In this document: in pieces, positions 36,111 to 48,807 of the stretch | How the letters are laid out: the number at the start of each line of letters is the position of its first letter | Position numbering within the stretch: position 1 is the stretch's first letter | Source: Dipteris shenzhenensis | Taxonomy: Eukaryota | Length of the DNA stretch: 64,000 nt | Assembly (NCBI GenBank): GCA_047967505.1 | Contig: CM106538.1 | Reading direction: 5' to 3' (one strand) | Program-made: the position numbers and the translations under genes | The notes under the pieces: generated by a model | Told to the model about the DNA's origin: nothing | What the model saw: the letters and a program-made list of their open reading frames with translations, nothing else | The model's database searches: none

Positions 36111-37692
36111 TGTCATGGGGACGTGAATTTCATGTGTAGCTAACCCCGTGGCTACTTCCGTGGTCACTTTGGCTGAGGGAACTGGCCTTGAGGAAGCACC
36201 CACTTCCTAGAAGTCCCTAGTCCAATTTTCAGTGCACCTACTAGGCCCAAATGCTAGGGATTGAGGGGTCTAAAGGTTAGGCCCAAGAGAAACCGATGTT
36301 TCATTGGTTTAGAGGGTAGGATTTTAATGTGAGGGGAAAACCAATGTTTCGTTGGTTTTGGTGGGTTGGAGCATTAATGAGGGGGTCACGTGGCAGCCCC
36401 TCATGCATACCCACCTACCCCTTCCTCTCCTTCCAAGGCAAAGGTACGGATTTGACGTCTTCTCTGGCTGGCTTTTCATTTCTCACGCATCCTGAGGTCA
36501 AAGTTTCTCCACCTTTGTCTCTAAGGCTGCCCCCCAAGGCCTCCATACGGCTGTACAGAAGCAGTAAATCGTGGCTGTACGGGCTGAGCTCGACTCCCAA
36601 GGTGCCCAGTGAGGATTGTACAGACCCTTTGCTGCTGTACGGGCTTGATTACCTGCAGTACGCACTGTTTTCTTTGCTGTACGGACATTTCTACACGCAT
36701 TCCAAGGCCTCTAGGCTGTTGTACGGACCTGTTGGCAGAGGCAAGACGTATGGATGAATTTGTTGCTGCTGCTGCTGCATGGACTGCTTGGGCTCATTCT
36801 TCAAGGCTTGTACGGTGGTTCGTCGTGCTTTTCAAGGGCAAGCTGCAGGTTGCAAGTGGACCTTGCCATGGCAGACTAGCTCCCTCTCTCTTGTCCTGGC
36901 CTCTTCACCAATGAACCTTGCTCTTCTTCTTTCATTTCTCAGCTCCGAGTCTCCTTTCTCTCTCTCTCTTACTGCCTGGACGCCATTTGTACTTTGCTGG
37001 GGGCTTGGACAGAGGAAAGGTGTGAGATCTGAGCCCGCCCCTCTTACACGAACAGCGGGTACAGAAGTCTGGTTTCTCTTTGATTTGCTTTTGCTATTTT
37101 GGAAGCTTGTTATTTTGCATTTTGTTGTCTAGAGCTCTTTCTGGGCCCTACAGGCTGTAAGAAGATACCTAGTCACAAAGGGTATGCCTGGTCGGTGTCA
37201 GAGAGACACATTGGTTGCAGTTTGATGCATTGAGGCTTTTTCAGCACTTCTGGGGATTTGCATTGATGCCTTGTCACAGTCAGGAGTCAAAGTTGTTGAG
37301 AAATGCCTTAGTTTTGACTTTAGCACTTGGGTACTAGTGATGCACTGAAATTGGATGCAGGCAGAGGCTAAGTGTTGGCTCTGGTAGTGGGAAAATGCAA
37401 GAAGAACAGTATAAGGGCGCGCCCTTGTTGTAAATCAGAATTTCAATTTTGAAGAATTAAATAAATACTGAAAGGGGCGCCAAGGTATTTGGGGCCAGTG
37501 TGGTGTTTCGTGTTTTTCATTGAGCAAGGGCATTCTAGCCTCCATCCAGTTTCTTTTTCAAAGTTGTTTCTAAGTGGTTGAAAGAGATGCAATGTGGCTA
37601 TAATTGACATGGATGCTAAGCTAGTTACGGTTTACTGCCCTTTAGTTTACCGAAGGCCGGTTTCAATAGTAATCTGTAGCAATGTGTGTGAC
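36111..37692. mobile_element. Solo-LTR-like sequence
   Basis: Begins TGTCATGGGG, non-coding, with repeated CTGTACGG motifs and a CT-rich tract, ending ...TGTGAC. No TSD confirmed. Confidence 0.35.
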
Positions 37693-37699
37693 GGTTTGT

Positions 37700-38130
37700 G
37701 AATCCAACTAGAAAGTACTATTAGAGTCAACTAACTGTGAAACATTTTTTCTATCATGTTGAGGACCAAGAGCAGAGACAAAGTGTTTATTGACTCTTCC
37801 CCATTTGAATCCAAAATGTCTCGCATGCATCTCAGCCCTTTGCTCCAAAAATAACAACTGGTGAGCCATTGTTGCAACAAGATGCTCTTCCCTTTGCAAC
37901 AATGATAGAACTCTCTAGTATGAAGAAGATTTGCTGTGAAAGTAGAAGGATAGAAGCCATCTTGCAAATAAGAATCCAAATATGGACAATTGCCATTGGC
38001 ATCTCCTCCTCTATATAAATAGCCTTTTGCAATCTTGACATTGGGAGAACAAGTAGTGTGTGGATTAAAGATACTAATAACATTGGATCGTGGTTGGGAT
38101 GTGGAAACCCGAAGGGAAATACAAACAATA
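37700..38130 (-). mobile_element. L1-like EN-RT linker fragment
   Basis: HARHFGFKWGRVNKHFVSALGPQHDRKNVSQLVDSN parallels HAREFFWIQMG...FFSTVGPKHGRECISQLIDSN at 24239-24592. Confidence 0.7.
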
Positions 38131-38482
38131 CCGTCTCTATCTAGAGCCTAAAAATCAACATAGAACCTATCAATCCTTGCATGAATGGGCCTTGAAAGTC
38201 TCCTTAACCAGAAGTAGGAGTGCCTGAGGAGTCCAGTCTGTTTGTGTTTTCATTCATCACTTCCCTCTATCCTGTTCCACTAGCTGCATCATAACGTGTA
38301 TATTAGTTTATTCCGTTCGACTACTTGAACGGTAATCATACAAAGCCGCGTGTCATGTTGCACGCACATGTAGTCGTGAGATCCACACACCTCTTGCACC
38401 TCGCACCAATGGCCTTTGGCCGCCGGTCTCCGAAGATTCTATGTGAATGCTTGTGAGAACTAGAACGAGGATATCCTAGACT

Positions 38483-38505
38483 CTAAACCCTAAACCCTAA
38501 ACCCT
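38483..38505. repeat. Short interstitial plant telomeric repeat (CCCTAAA)x~3
   Basis: CTAAACCCTAAACCCTAAACCCT. Confidence 0.8.
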
Positions 38506-39118
38506 TAAAGCGGTATACTTTGCACATGGCTATGTCTTGTCGTGCAATTGTGCTTCATGCTATTGTACAAAATACTTTTTAAGCTGAAATTTTCATCTGT
38601 GACCTGGTCATACTTAGCCTACAAGGAAGCAAGAGTGGCTGAGGTACATGCACATGCCTTAGTGGTGGGATTGATGTCCCCTTTGGAGGTGAGCTTTCTT
38701 CAATTTTCGAATCCTACTCCTCGTCCTGAATTGAGCCTATAGGATGCCCATGCTTCTCTCTCAATCTTTAGATTTTTCAATTCATTTTCCCCAGTGGTAT
38801 TGTCCTATTGCAACTCCTAGATAGGTTTGTCATCCTTTTCCTTTTCTGTTGTAGCTCACAAATTTGCTTTCTCGGGTTGCCTTGCTAGGGATATGAGCTA
38901 TAGAAAGTCCAAGATAAGCAGATACCACAATGGGGGTGAGTACCTATATAGAGCCGAGGAGTGTGTTAAGAGGCCTTGTCATATGATTCAATGAATTCTT
39001 TGCACAAAGGCTCGTCCACGGGTAGAAATACAAATTACAATGGCATCAAAAGGGATGAAATACATGGCATCGATATATGTTTGGGATATATTATGGGGAG
39101 GTGCACATTACAATCAAG

Positions 39119-39570
39119 CAGAAAGAAAGAAAGAAAGAAATTTTATTAGAGTCTTCGGAAGACCGATGGGTCTATGAGACTGAAAGAAAACCTGATACAA
39201 ATCACAGTAAGGGTGGAGCTACTGAAACGAGCATCATCACCCATGCTGAATCCTAAGTCTGATCATACATAATCAAATACATCTGGATGTAACAATGAAA
39301 AGAAAAGGACTGGAGCAGAGCGGAATCCTCCGTATGTCATGTCCCTGGTTGGTGCATAGCCGATGATGGGACGCTGGTGCCCGTCAAGGGGTGCCGTGCG
39401 TCTCGGTCTCGTGGACGAGGCTCGACGCAAGACCATAGCCACTGTGACTCCTGTGGGACGTATACCGGGTCTGAACAATGACGGGAGGTCCCCCAGAGTG
39501 ATCTGTGTCCCCCCTCGATGTCTCGTGTGTCGTGCTGAATGATTTGGAGTGTAGAATGAGAGAAGCGAAT
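39119..39570 (-). mobile_element. LINE/SINE-like 3' end with (TTTC)n tail
   Basis: Minus strand ends CCCATCGGTCTTCCGAAGACTCT-AATAAAA-(TTTC)n; same 3'-end family as 35300 and 43660-43722. Confidence 0.6.
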
Positions 39571-39689
39571 GGGCTACTGATCATATCACCCAAAAGATTT
39601 TGTTATAGTATAGATCATCCTTTTGTCATCTCCATACGGTTGTCTGCTTGCAAAGCACATGTGCAAATTCACCTTATGGTTTTCATTAG

Positions 39690-40352
39690 GTTGGTGGGCT
39701 AAGACTGCACCAAGGGCCAAGCCATTGGCATCACATGAACATGGAAAATGACCTCCCCTTGTGCAAATCCAGCTTGAGGTCTTTGTCAGGTTGAATTAAG
39801 ACTGCACCGATGGCCAAGCCATTGGCTTCACATGAACATGGAAAATAACCTTCCACTTGGGTTGGCAAAGGATTGCAATTACCTTTCAAGTCTCCAAAGG
39901 ATTGTTGCTGAGCCTCTATCCATATGAATAACCTCTCGTGGTGAAGAAGATACATCAGCATAAAACCGAATGAACCTTTGGTACTAACCCACATGCCAAA
40001 CGAAGGACTTGAATTCCTTTAGAGTGCATGCGAGATGGGAAGCATCAATGTCACTTCCACCTTGACTAGATCTATAGTCATTTCGTCAGTGGAATCAATG
40101 TGACCAAGAAGAATTCCCAATGCCAAGAAGAAGCATTTGTTTGGGTTCAAGCACAAACGGGCCTCTTTGCAGCTATAAAAGACCCATCTCAACTTTTGCA
40201 AGTATTCTCTAACAATGATGTGGTTGTACCCGCTATATCCATCCATGAATGAGTGGAGGACATGTCTTGCCACAATCTTCAATGCCCTATCTGTGAATGA
40301 CATTGGAAACCTATCTCTGCGTGTGGCAGCATCCTAGCTTCGATAGTCTACG
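39690..40352 (-). mobile_element. Ty3/gypsy RT-RNase H fragment related to the 9309-18356 element
   Basis: RRDRFPMSFTDR..HSFMDGYSGYNHI..LRWVF..EARLCLNPNKCFFLAL..ILLGHI, then CEANGLAIGAVLIQ (RNase H start). Confidence 0.85.
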
Positions 40353-42257
40353 TAGTGATTTTCTAGCTATCAAGATAATATAATTGAATACTTGCTATGA
40401 TCAACCAACTAATTCATATGGATACTATAGCTGCTTTGATGAACCAAATGCTTTAAACATAATTTATAAAGTTCCATAGAATAAATTTGTTACTAAGATA
40501 CATTAATAGATGACCGTTCTCTTGAGGAGGTGGTATATTACAAGTCTTCGTGTAAAAATACACCCTTTACACACAAACACAAACTTACCAACAATCTTCA
40601 TATATATTAATGAGGGCCAAATAAATGGTTGCTTTATTCTAATATTTGTTTTACATGGAAGTTCATCTATTTTATACTTTTCTCTACATTCCTACCTCCA
40701 ATATATAGTGGTGACTCCTTTGACAACTCCTAGGGGTATAATTTTCTGGTGATGAGCCATGATGAGACTCGAACACAATTCACCATGGTACTTCTGGGCA
40801 GGATGTTAACTACAGCTCCTCCATCCAAGAAGAGATTCTTGAGGTTCACTCCATTTATCTCCACTACCACTCAACCCATGGACATTGCGATGTACACTGG
40901 ACCCTAGTTTTGTCTTCACCATCCTCTTTTGGAACTTACTCCTATTGCACTCGGCATTTTGTTTGATCTTTGATTTGTAGTTGCATTAGAGTGATGTTGG
41001 GTCATATTTGCATCATGTCTTGTAATAGGGAGTAACAATGCATGGTGGTTGTTTCACACGTAAAAATCCTAGATTCCCGTTCTACCCTTGCTTCATGTAG
41101 AGTTTACTTCATTACCTTCTTTCCCTTGGCTTCCAAAGGTCATGCTGGTATGCATGAGCCAGTCGTAGATGGCTCTAGCGCCACTCTCGGGAGCCTCTCT
41201 CGAGGTAAGGCCCAGACCCTATGGAGATTGGTAAGTGCTTGGAAGATGGCATTGATCTTGAGCGGTTGTATGGCGAACTGTGCCTGTATGATCTGGTGAG
41301 GGACTGAGGGCTTGCTCCCAATCATCCTGGATCCCATGGTCACCTGTACTCTCTCAAAGCGTCGCCACTCAGTCACTGTCAGATCACACCCCAGAAGGCG
41401 CCGCATACATGGCTATAGGCCGCACTAATGTGTCGAATAGTCGTCCCTTCGTTAGGGGTCTTGAAAATGCGCTTGAAAACACTATCGCTCCAGTCAGGCC
41501 AAAGTTCCTTACCCTCGCGTGAGGCGCTCCCTGGTTGCATGGATCATCGTGAAGACTGGTCCTGTGAAGACTACCCCTAGATATGTGCAAGATTGTACAA
41601 TCTCCATTGGCTCTCCTCTGTAGGTGAAGCTATGTCGATGAAATGCTGGCCGGGAGGTATTGGAGATCATAACCTTGGTTTTACCAAGGTTAACCGTCAG
41701 GTCCCTCCCTCTACAGAACACCTCTAGGACATCTAGGTGTTTCTGTAACCGTGCTACTGAAGAGGATAGGAGGACTATATCATCTGCATACAATAGTATC
41801 TATATCATCAGGTCAGCCAGCCATCCGTGATCCCTTGCCTCCCAGGCAATCAATGAGGTTGTGATCTCATTAATATATAACCCATATAGGGTTGGTGAGA
41901 GGGGGCATCTCTGCTTCACCCCTATTGTACCCTCGATCTAGTCTGATAGGCCTCCAGGGGTACGCACTTTGCCCCTGATTGACTCATACAAGCTCATCAC
42001 CCCCCATATCATAACAGCTGGGATTTGCATTTCCTTTAGTCGTTTGATCATGTGCACGTGTGGGATGATGTCGAAGGCATTTCGAAACTCTACAAAACAT
42101 GCGTAGACTTTATTGGATCGTGAGCATGCCTCCTCGATGAGTGACCGTAAGGTGAAGATATGATCCAAGGTAGAGTGATGTCTCCTAAAGCCGGCATGCC
42201 CCAATGCTCACTATCCATGCATCTCTGTGTAGGAGCCTCTCTCTCTCCACCCCCCAT

Positions 42258-42492
42258 CCTTCGTAGCCTCTCTCTCCGCTCCCCCTCCCGTAGCCTCTCC
42301 GCCCCCCTCTCGTAGTCTCTCCGCTCCCTCCTTCGTAGCCTCTCTCTCTCCGCTCCCCCTCCTGTAGCCTCTCTGCCCCTCCCCTCCCGTAGCCTCTCCG
42401 CCCTCCTCTCGTAGCCTCTTCGCCCCCCCCCTCTTCTCGCTCTCCGCCCCCCTCCCGTAGCCTCTTCGCCCCTTCTCCGGTAGCCTCTCCTA
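42258..42492 (+). repeat. ~22-25-bp C-rich minisatellite (CGTAGCCTCTCCGCCCCCT..) x~10
   Basis: Directly visible tandem array. Confidence 0.9.
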
Positions 42493-42680
42493 GCTGGGCT
42501 GAACCCCCAGCCCAACTAGGGGGTTAGCTCAGCCAAGGGGTAACAGGAAATATGGCCAGCAAAGCATGGCCTAGCCTACCTTCCTCCTCTTCACATTCTC
42601 TCTAGCCTCGAGTTGGGCTAAACCCCCAACCCAACCTCGGGGGTTAGGTTAAGCCAGGGGGGTTCATCATACAGCCAACT

Positions 42681-43541
42681 ATGGATTGGCCTACCCTCTC
42701 CTCCAAGTCCCCCTCAACCCCCTCAACTCCTTCAACATCCACCAGGACTCGGTACTCTACAGTTGCAGCCATGACACCCTCTCCATACGCACGGAATTAC
42801 CAACAAGAAGGCTCAAAACGGCCTATCCTTGGGCAACAGGATCAGATTTTTTATCTGCAGTAGGGAGTGAGAGAGCTACGATTGGAGCTAGCAGAAGTAA
42901 AGGCCCGACTTCACATCTTGGAAGGGCCTGGTAAGCAGGCAGTAATTGATGAGGCTGTAAAATCTTGTAAGGATTCCCCCCCTACCCCGCAGCTAGTCTC
43001 TACAGTCAAAGATCTTGTTCACACTGAAGTACAAACTGCTAGGAAGGAAGTGTTTGTGGAAGTGGTCAACAAAGCAAGTAAGTCTGATATCCAAGCAGAG
43101 ATTAAAGAACATGAAGCTAGATGTGACAATGCACTGAAGATTGGAATAGGGGGGCTCCTAAAAGATTGGTACAAAGAGGAGGATACATATAGTGAAATAT
43201 TGACAAAGATCAAATCAAGTTTGCCCAACATCGAATGGGTGAATGATGATGAGCAGGATGATGACGACTCCAGGCCAGCTTCTATTTTACACTATAGAGG
43301 TCATGCAATCCTTACACTGAAGTCAAAAGATATGCGGATCAAGCTTCTTCGACAATCTTACAAGCTGAAGGGCACTAAAGTATGGATAGTAGAGGAGCTT
43401 ACACAAACCCAACTCAAGATTAAGGCAACTGAATTAGCTAAAGTCAGGGCTGCGAGAAAGGATGGAAAATGGGCAGTTTACTGTGAAGGGGTAGCACTAA
43501 TCAGAGAGTTTAAAGCAAAACCAAAAGATTCTCAGTCTTAA
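42681..43541 (+). pseudogene. LINE ORF1p-like protein (coiled coil + RRM/CTD-like) with one in-frame stop
   Basis: ORFs 42681-42863 and 42867-43541 are in the same frame. RIKLLRQSYKLKGTKVWIVEELT..AARKDGKWAV resembles LINE ORF1 C-termini. Confidence 0.7.
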
Positions 43542-45196
43542 ACTGATGTATGGCTGTTTACTCTCCAGAATATCATGTAGGTACTCTAAATAATTGGGAC
43601 TCCTTGGGAGCTGCCATGTGCCCTCCCTAAAGCAGATGTACTAGAGGGTTTCTTGCTGTCCCATAGACCTTTTGGTCTCCAGTGGACGTTAATAGACTTT
43701 CTTTTCTTTCTTTCTTTCTTTCTCTAGTACTGACCCATAGATCTTGGACAGAGTATGACCAATCATGGGATTGCGATAATTTTCTGTGTCCATGGGATCT
43801 CCTGCTTTGTGTATCGGCATGATAGTAGTGTACTCCAAGAAGAAGGGAAACCATGACACACTGCATGATTGAACATGTGTGCTAAGATCGGCGGAGCCAA
43901 GACCTCCTGTCCATGTGCAAAGTGCTCAGTCCGTAAGCCTTCATGGTCATGTGCTCTCCGATTATGGAGTCGACGAAATGCAGCTCTCATGTTCTGTGGG
44001 GTGAAGGGGATGCAGGTGGTGGGCCGGGGGAGAGCGGACATGTCAGGTGGTGTCCGAGTGGGGACATCATAGAGGGATGTTGCATAGGTGTGCCATACCT
44101 CTGGATCTGTAATGGGGATAGGTGGCTTCCTCTCAGATAAGAGCCCCCATGCAAAAGTGGGATCCCCTCCACGAAACGATCAGATCAGATCATCCATCCT
44201 ATGTGAGAGGAAAGCTCGCCTCTTACATCGCGTCAAGCGTCGTGATATCCGATGTGCCTTAGATCTCGTGAAATGTCCCGATGTGTGCTCTTGTATAAGA
44301 TGGAGGTAGACAAGTATGCAAATGTGGTAGGCGAAAGAAAGGAGATAAACGCATACTCATAAAGGTACACATTTGATTAACTTGTTTGTCTATCTATTGC
44401 TGTCCCATAACCCTTGCAACTTCAGATTCTACTACGTTCTAACCTTTCGGGGCTTTTCACAACCAGTCAGTGGCTAGCTGAAGTGAACATTAGAGAGTCA
44501 GAATGGTCTTTCCAAGGATGGGGAATTGAACCTACCCTTTCTTGGAAAGTACGACTTCGATAAGAGGTATGCATATGTGATGATTGAGCAAAGCATAAGA
44601 CAGGTGCTTACTGTTTTTGAAATGTTTGCATGAATGATGGTAATAATTTCTACACATCATTAAAGGGTTAGTTTGAAAACCCATTCAACCCAGATATGCT
44701 ACTAATTGTAAAGAATTCCAAGCAGGATGTGTTCCAGACTCATATCACACGCCAAAACTAATGAGGCTGTGGATGGAGCAAAAGAAATATGCCACCTTTG
44801 AAAATCCATCCAACCCAGATAAGCCAATATTTTTCAAGAATTCCAAGCAAGACGTGCCATATCACATGCCACTGCTAGCAAGGCCGTGGAGAGAGCTAAG
44901 AAATATGTCAAGTAGATGGGATCTCATGAAGGTTGACGGAAACAACTCATACATCATTTGATGTAGGACCCTCTATGACCTGGTTGATTCTGAAGAAGAG
45001 CCACCTAACCCATAGGCTGTGGTGCATCCACCATTCACCTTTTAACCTATAGCATTTATAGCCAAGCAATACTAGGATAGTTTGTTACTTGAACTGAATA
45101 AAATTTGGGATGCATGTCCTAGGATCCTATTATGAGCAGAAATGTTTTAAAGTTTTTTTGAAGTACCACTGATTGTGTGAATTTTTACAATTGCAG

Positions 45197-45245
45197 GCAG
45201 CAGAAGTTTGCCGAGTCAATTTTAAGGCAGTTGGATGGGACATGA
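45197..45245 (+). CDS. GPAT9: GPAT9 terminal coding exon
   Basis: TTGCAG acceptor; AA+G=Lys. Translates QQKFAESILRQLDGT*, matching the recalled plant GPAT9 end KQQSFAESIL. Confidence 0.93.
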
Positions 45246-45402
45246 CTAATATCCAAGCAATACTAGGATGGTTTGTTACTTGAACTGAATGAAAATTTGG
45301 ATGCATGTCCCAGAATCCTATTATGAGGAGAATGGTTTTAAGTTGTTTTTGAAGTAGCACTGATTGTGTGGTAGACTAAAAATATATTGTTTAGAATTGC
45401 AG

Positions 45403-45451
45403 GCAGCAGAAGTTTACAGAGTAAATTTTAAGGCAATTGGATGGGACATGA
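45403..45451 (+). pseudogene. GPAT9: Tandem duplicate of the GPAT9 terminal exon with a premature stop
   Basis: Same acceptor. GCAGCAGAAGTTTACAGAGTAAATTTTAAGG has TCA>TAA, giving QQKFTE*. Confidence 0.88.
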
Positions 45452-48400
45452 GTAATATCCATGTGTGTGATCTCCCTGATCGACTCTGTCCTCTAATTGA
45501 AAAATAAAAGTGAAAGCACCATGGCAAATTGTTTATGAAGAATCTTGTTTTGATTGAGAGATGAAGCCGCCTACTGTATTATCAAATTAGGTCAAAACTT
45601 CACAGTTGTGATGGATATATATTTTATATTTCCCAAAGCTGTCATGGCAACAGCTGGTTAAAAACGAAATTTTTTTGTTAAAGGATGGTGATTGTTATGT
45701 GCTGAAGATATGTCTGTCCTTTACAAAGCTTTCAGGAGCATTGTATATTCAACTGTCCACACGTGTTGAATGAAATTGAAACATCTGATTATTGTCTTCA
45801 TATAATGGACCTCCTTGAGAGGTTGTGGTTTGTGCATCTATTAACATACTTTCCTGCTAAACCATGCAATGTGCTCGTAGAGTACTGTTGCAAAATGATT
45901 GGCCTGCCTGATTCAAGTAAATGTAAGACATACAATGTAATCCAGTTTTTACACTATTCCATGCAATGTATTTTCAGAGCATTGCGAGTTCATTGGCCTG
46001 CCTCGTTCATGTAAGCCATTTGTTTAGACTTAGATGTGTCATCACTAATTTCAGTTTGTTATTGATTGAGAAGAATGACATTTGTAAGGTATGAAAAAAC
46101 TATCACGGTTACATTGTCTCCTTTCATCACTCGGATTGTTCTATTGCATAATGTGAAGTGAGATAGGATCTAATGTTTTGTCTTAAGAAGTCTAAACATA
46201 TGAAAATTCAAACTTGTGGATGCACATAAAATAGGACGACCAAATTAGTCATACCATGTATCGCTTTTGTGAAATCAGTTATGTACATCAAAGGTTGCGT
46301 ATAACCTTCAAATTTAAACTAGAGCTCTACCAATAATTTCTTAGTAAGATGAAGGAGACATCCTCCATGGGGTGTATTAGATATTATTGATCCTTCTAGA
46401 GAGGGAGTGTTTGTTTGAACATCCTTGAACATAATTGGGTTGTGCACACATCATTGAAGACAGTAGAGATGTACGCCATTCTATGTGATGCGATCATGAG
46501 AACTGTTAACGAAGTGGATGCTGTAAAGAAATCTACATGCAATGTCGGATGGTTCTTGAATGGGTGCATTTGAAATTGTCATTCTTATTGTGATAGGCTA
46601 TTGATGATGCCACCAATATTTATTCTACAGTGTACAAGAGGGAGCATATCGAAGAATACTTGTGGTTGTTGGCTTGAAGTTATAAGGTTTACCAAAGACT
46701 GTGAAGTCATTATAATTTTACTATAGGCTAGCAAGCATATGTAGTTGAATTGAAAGGGGCTTGGGCTTATATATAAATGCATCATACTATTCTGTTTGTG
46801 ATAAATATAGAAATTTTCATCAAATCCCAATGGGGAGACGGATTTGTAAGATAATTTAAGTCTCCAACCTTAAATCTTTGAGGCAATTTATTGATTTGTC
46901 TCTAATGATTCATAGCTAGCTTATGTTTGAACATGACTATTTTTATATAATGCTCAATTTCTTTGGTACAAAAAGTAATTTTGTTGTCATTTAGGGAGAT
47001 CAAGGAGAGTTTTATCTAACATTGATTATTCCATCAAAGCTTCAAGTTTAGACAAAGCATGTCAAGTTAGATCCCATTTCTCTCTCCCTCCCCATCTCTC
47101 AGTGATCCACTCCTCGTTTCTTGTAGCTCACTCCTTCCCTTTCGTGGTACTCTCATACCCAAACCCCTTACTATGGAATCTCCTCCCCCTCCTCATTGTG
47201 CACTCTTCCTGAGCCCCTTTGTGGCCTCTTACTCTCTCCTCATGTAGCGTCTTCATCATTCCTCTCTCTCATAGCCTCTTGGCCTTCTCTCTCATAGCCC
47301 CTTGGCCCTCTGTGCCCCTTCACAACTCTCTCCCTCACCTGACGATAACTCTCAGCCTCGCACTTTGCCTCTTGACCATTGCTCCCAAGCACCTCTTCTC
47401 AACCCCTTGTAGCTGCTCTCAAGTCCCCCCTCATTGCCTTAAGGATCTCTTTACAACTCTCTCCCTCATCTCCTCACGTGACTGATCTCAACCACCCTCA
47501 TTCCGTTACGTCCTCCTCTCCTCGTGTGAAGTTTTGCCATCCTCCTTATGTCCACCATTCTCTATCCTCCTCCTTCATGACTACCCCTCCAACCCTCTTG
47601 TGGCCTCTCCACTTGACTCCCACTCCTCACATCTTGCTCAGCTCCCACCTCCCATTTCCCCACCACAAACGCCTACTCCCCCGTCTCACAGCTCTCTCGG
47701 TGACCCCTCTCTTCCCCTCCTCTCCCCTTCTCTCTGTCCACTCCATCTATCCTACATGTGGCATTTCTTGCACTTGAGATGTGGCACTCCCTCAATTTGA
47801 CATGTGCCAACCCTTTGTTAGTCCTGCCACTTGACACATGGTAGCTTCCCTTAGACTAGTAGGCCATTAGACACGTGGTAGCTTCCGTTAAACCACTAGA
47901 CCTTGAAAGGCCATAACTTTTTATTGAGATAGAATTTTGACATGTCACAATGAGAAGTGCTCAATTTTTTAGGACCTTTAGCTCTTTGGGATCACATTTT
48001 GAAATCAAGACTAAGTTAAAGGACTGGTGGGTAACAAGCATCCCTCTACGACACTTTATGGGAACCATGCCTATCTTCATAAAATTTGATAACTTTCGAT
48101 GAAAGGGTCAGATATGAGTGTTGTGAAAGGTGAAGTATGTATTTTGGCAAGCTTATCTCTGGGTGAGCTCAGAATTTTTTAGAAGGTGTAATTTAACATA
48201 ATTGCATCCCATGTAATTTTTATTGTGGGAATTGATGGTGTAACTGCATCTTGCATCAAACAACCAAGGCAGAGCATCCTAGTTTTATGTTGAAGGAGAA
48301 GATTTGTATTTTTTCTATTGATGTTGTGTTTGTCCTTTCTACTTCTCTTTTGAAAGTAGAGGAACATGGTAGAGATCCATATCTTATGGAGTGGGATAGA

Positions 48401-48807
48401 TGAAATCCCACAAGACTTATTGGTTTCATTTAAGCCCCCAAGCATTGTGCTTCATTTTTTGACTAAAGATACAAGCTTAAGTCAAAGTGGAAGGCACACA
48501 CCACCGTGGAGCAGGCAAGGGTTTTTGCGATTAGGTTTGATAGAATCAGGCATTCATCGCTCTTTTCCCTCTCCCCTATGTATCAAGAGATGAGGCAGCA
48601 AAGTTTTGTTCTGCTCCTCTTCTCCCCGAATCTATTTTCATCTCACATTGTGTTATTCCCCCTATTGCTAACACTTCAGTTCATGATCTTGCAAAGGTTA
48701 TGAATGGGCTTTGGTTGGAGATGATGTAGGCTACAAGAGTTTTTCATGATTAACTCAAGGATGGTTGCATTCAAAAAAAGGCATTACTACGTAGAGGTTG
48801 GCACAAG

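Larger units (their letters stand above)
42229..43722 (+). mobile_element. ORF1-only non-autonomous LINE derivative
   Basis: 5' minisatellite, ORF1-like CDS, no ORF2, and 3' end CCCATAGACC...(TTTC)n. Confidence 0.72.
41140..44310 (-). mobile_element. RTE/RTEX-like LINE ORF2, split by a + strand insertion at ~42229-43722
   Basis: HMFNHAVCHGFPSSWST, GHTLSKIYGSVLE | GHAGFRRHHSTLDHIFTL, FVEFRNAFD, VKQRCPLSPT, LYADD, VNLGKTKVM, YLGV. Confidence 0.9.

Noticed and set aside
42090-42515. Arg/Gly/Glu-rich 141-aa ORF
   Set aside because: Antisense translation of the C-rich minisatellite.
47219-47800. Overlapping Ser/Pro/Leu-rich ORFs
   Set aside because: Low-complexity CT-rich DNA lacking stops in all frames; no motif.
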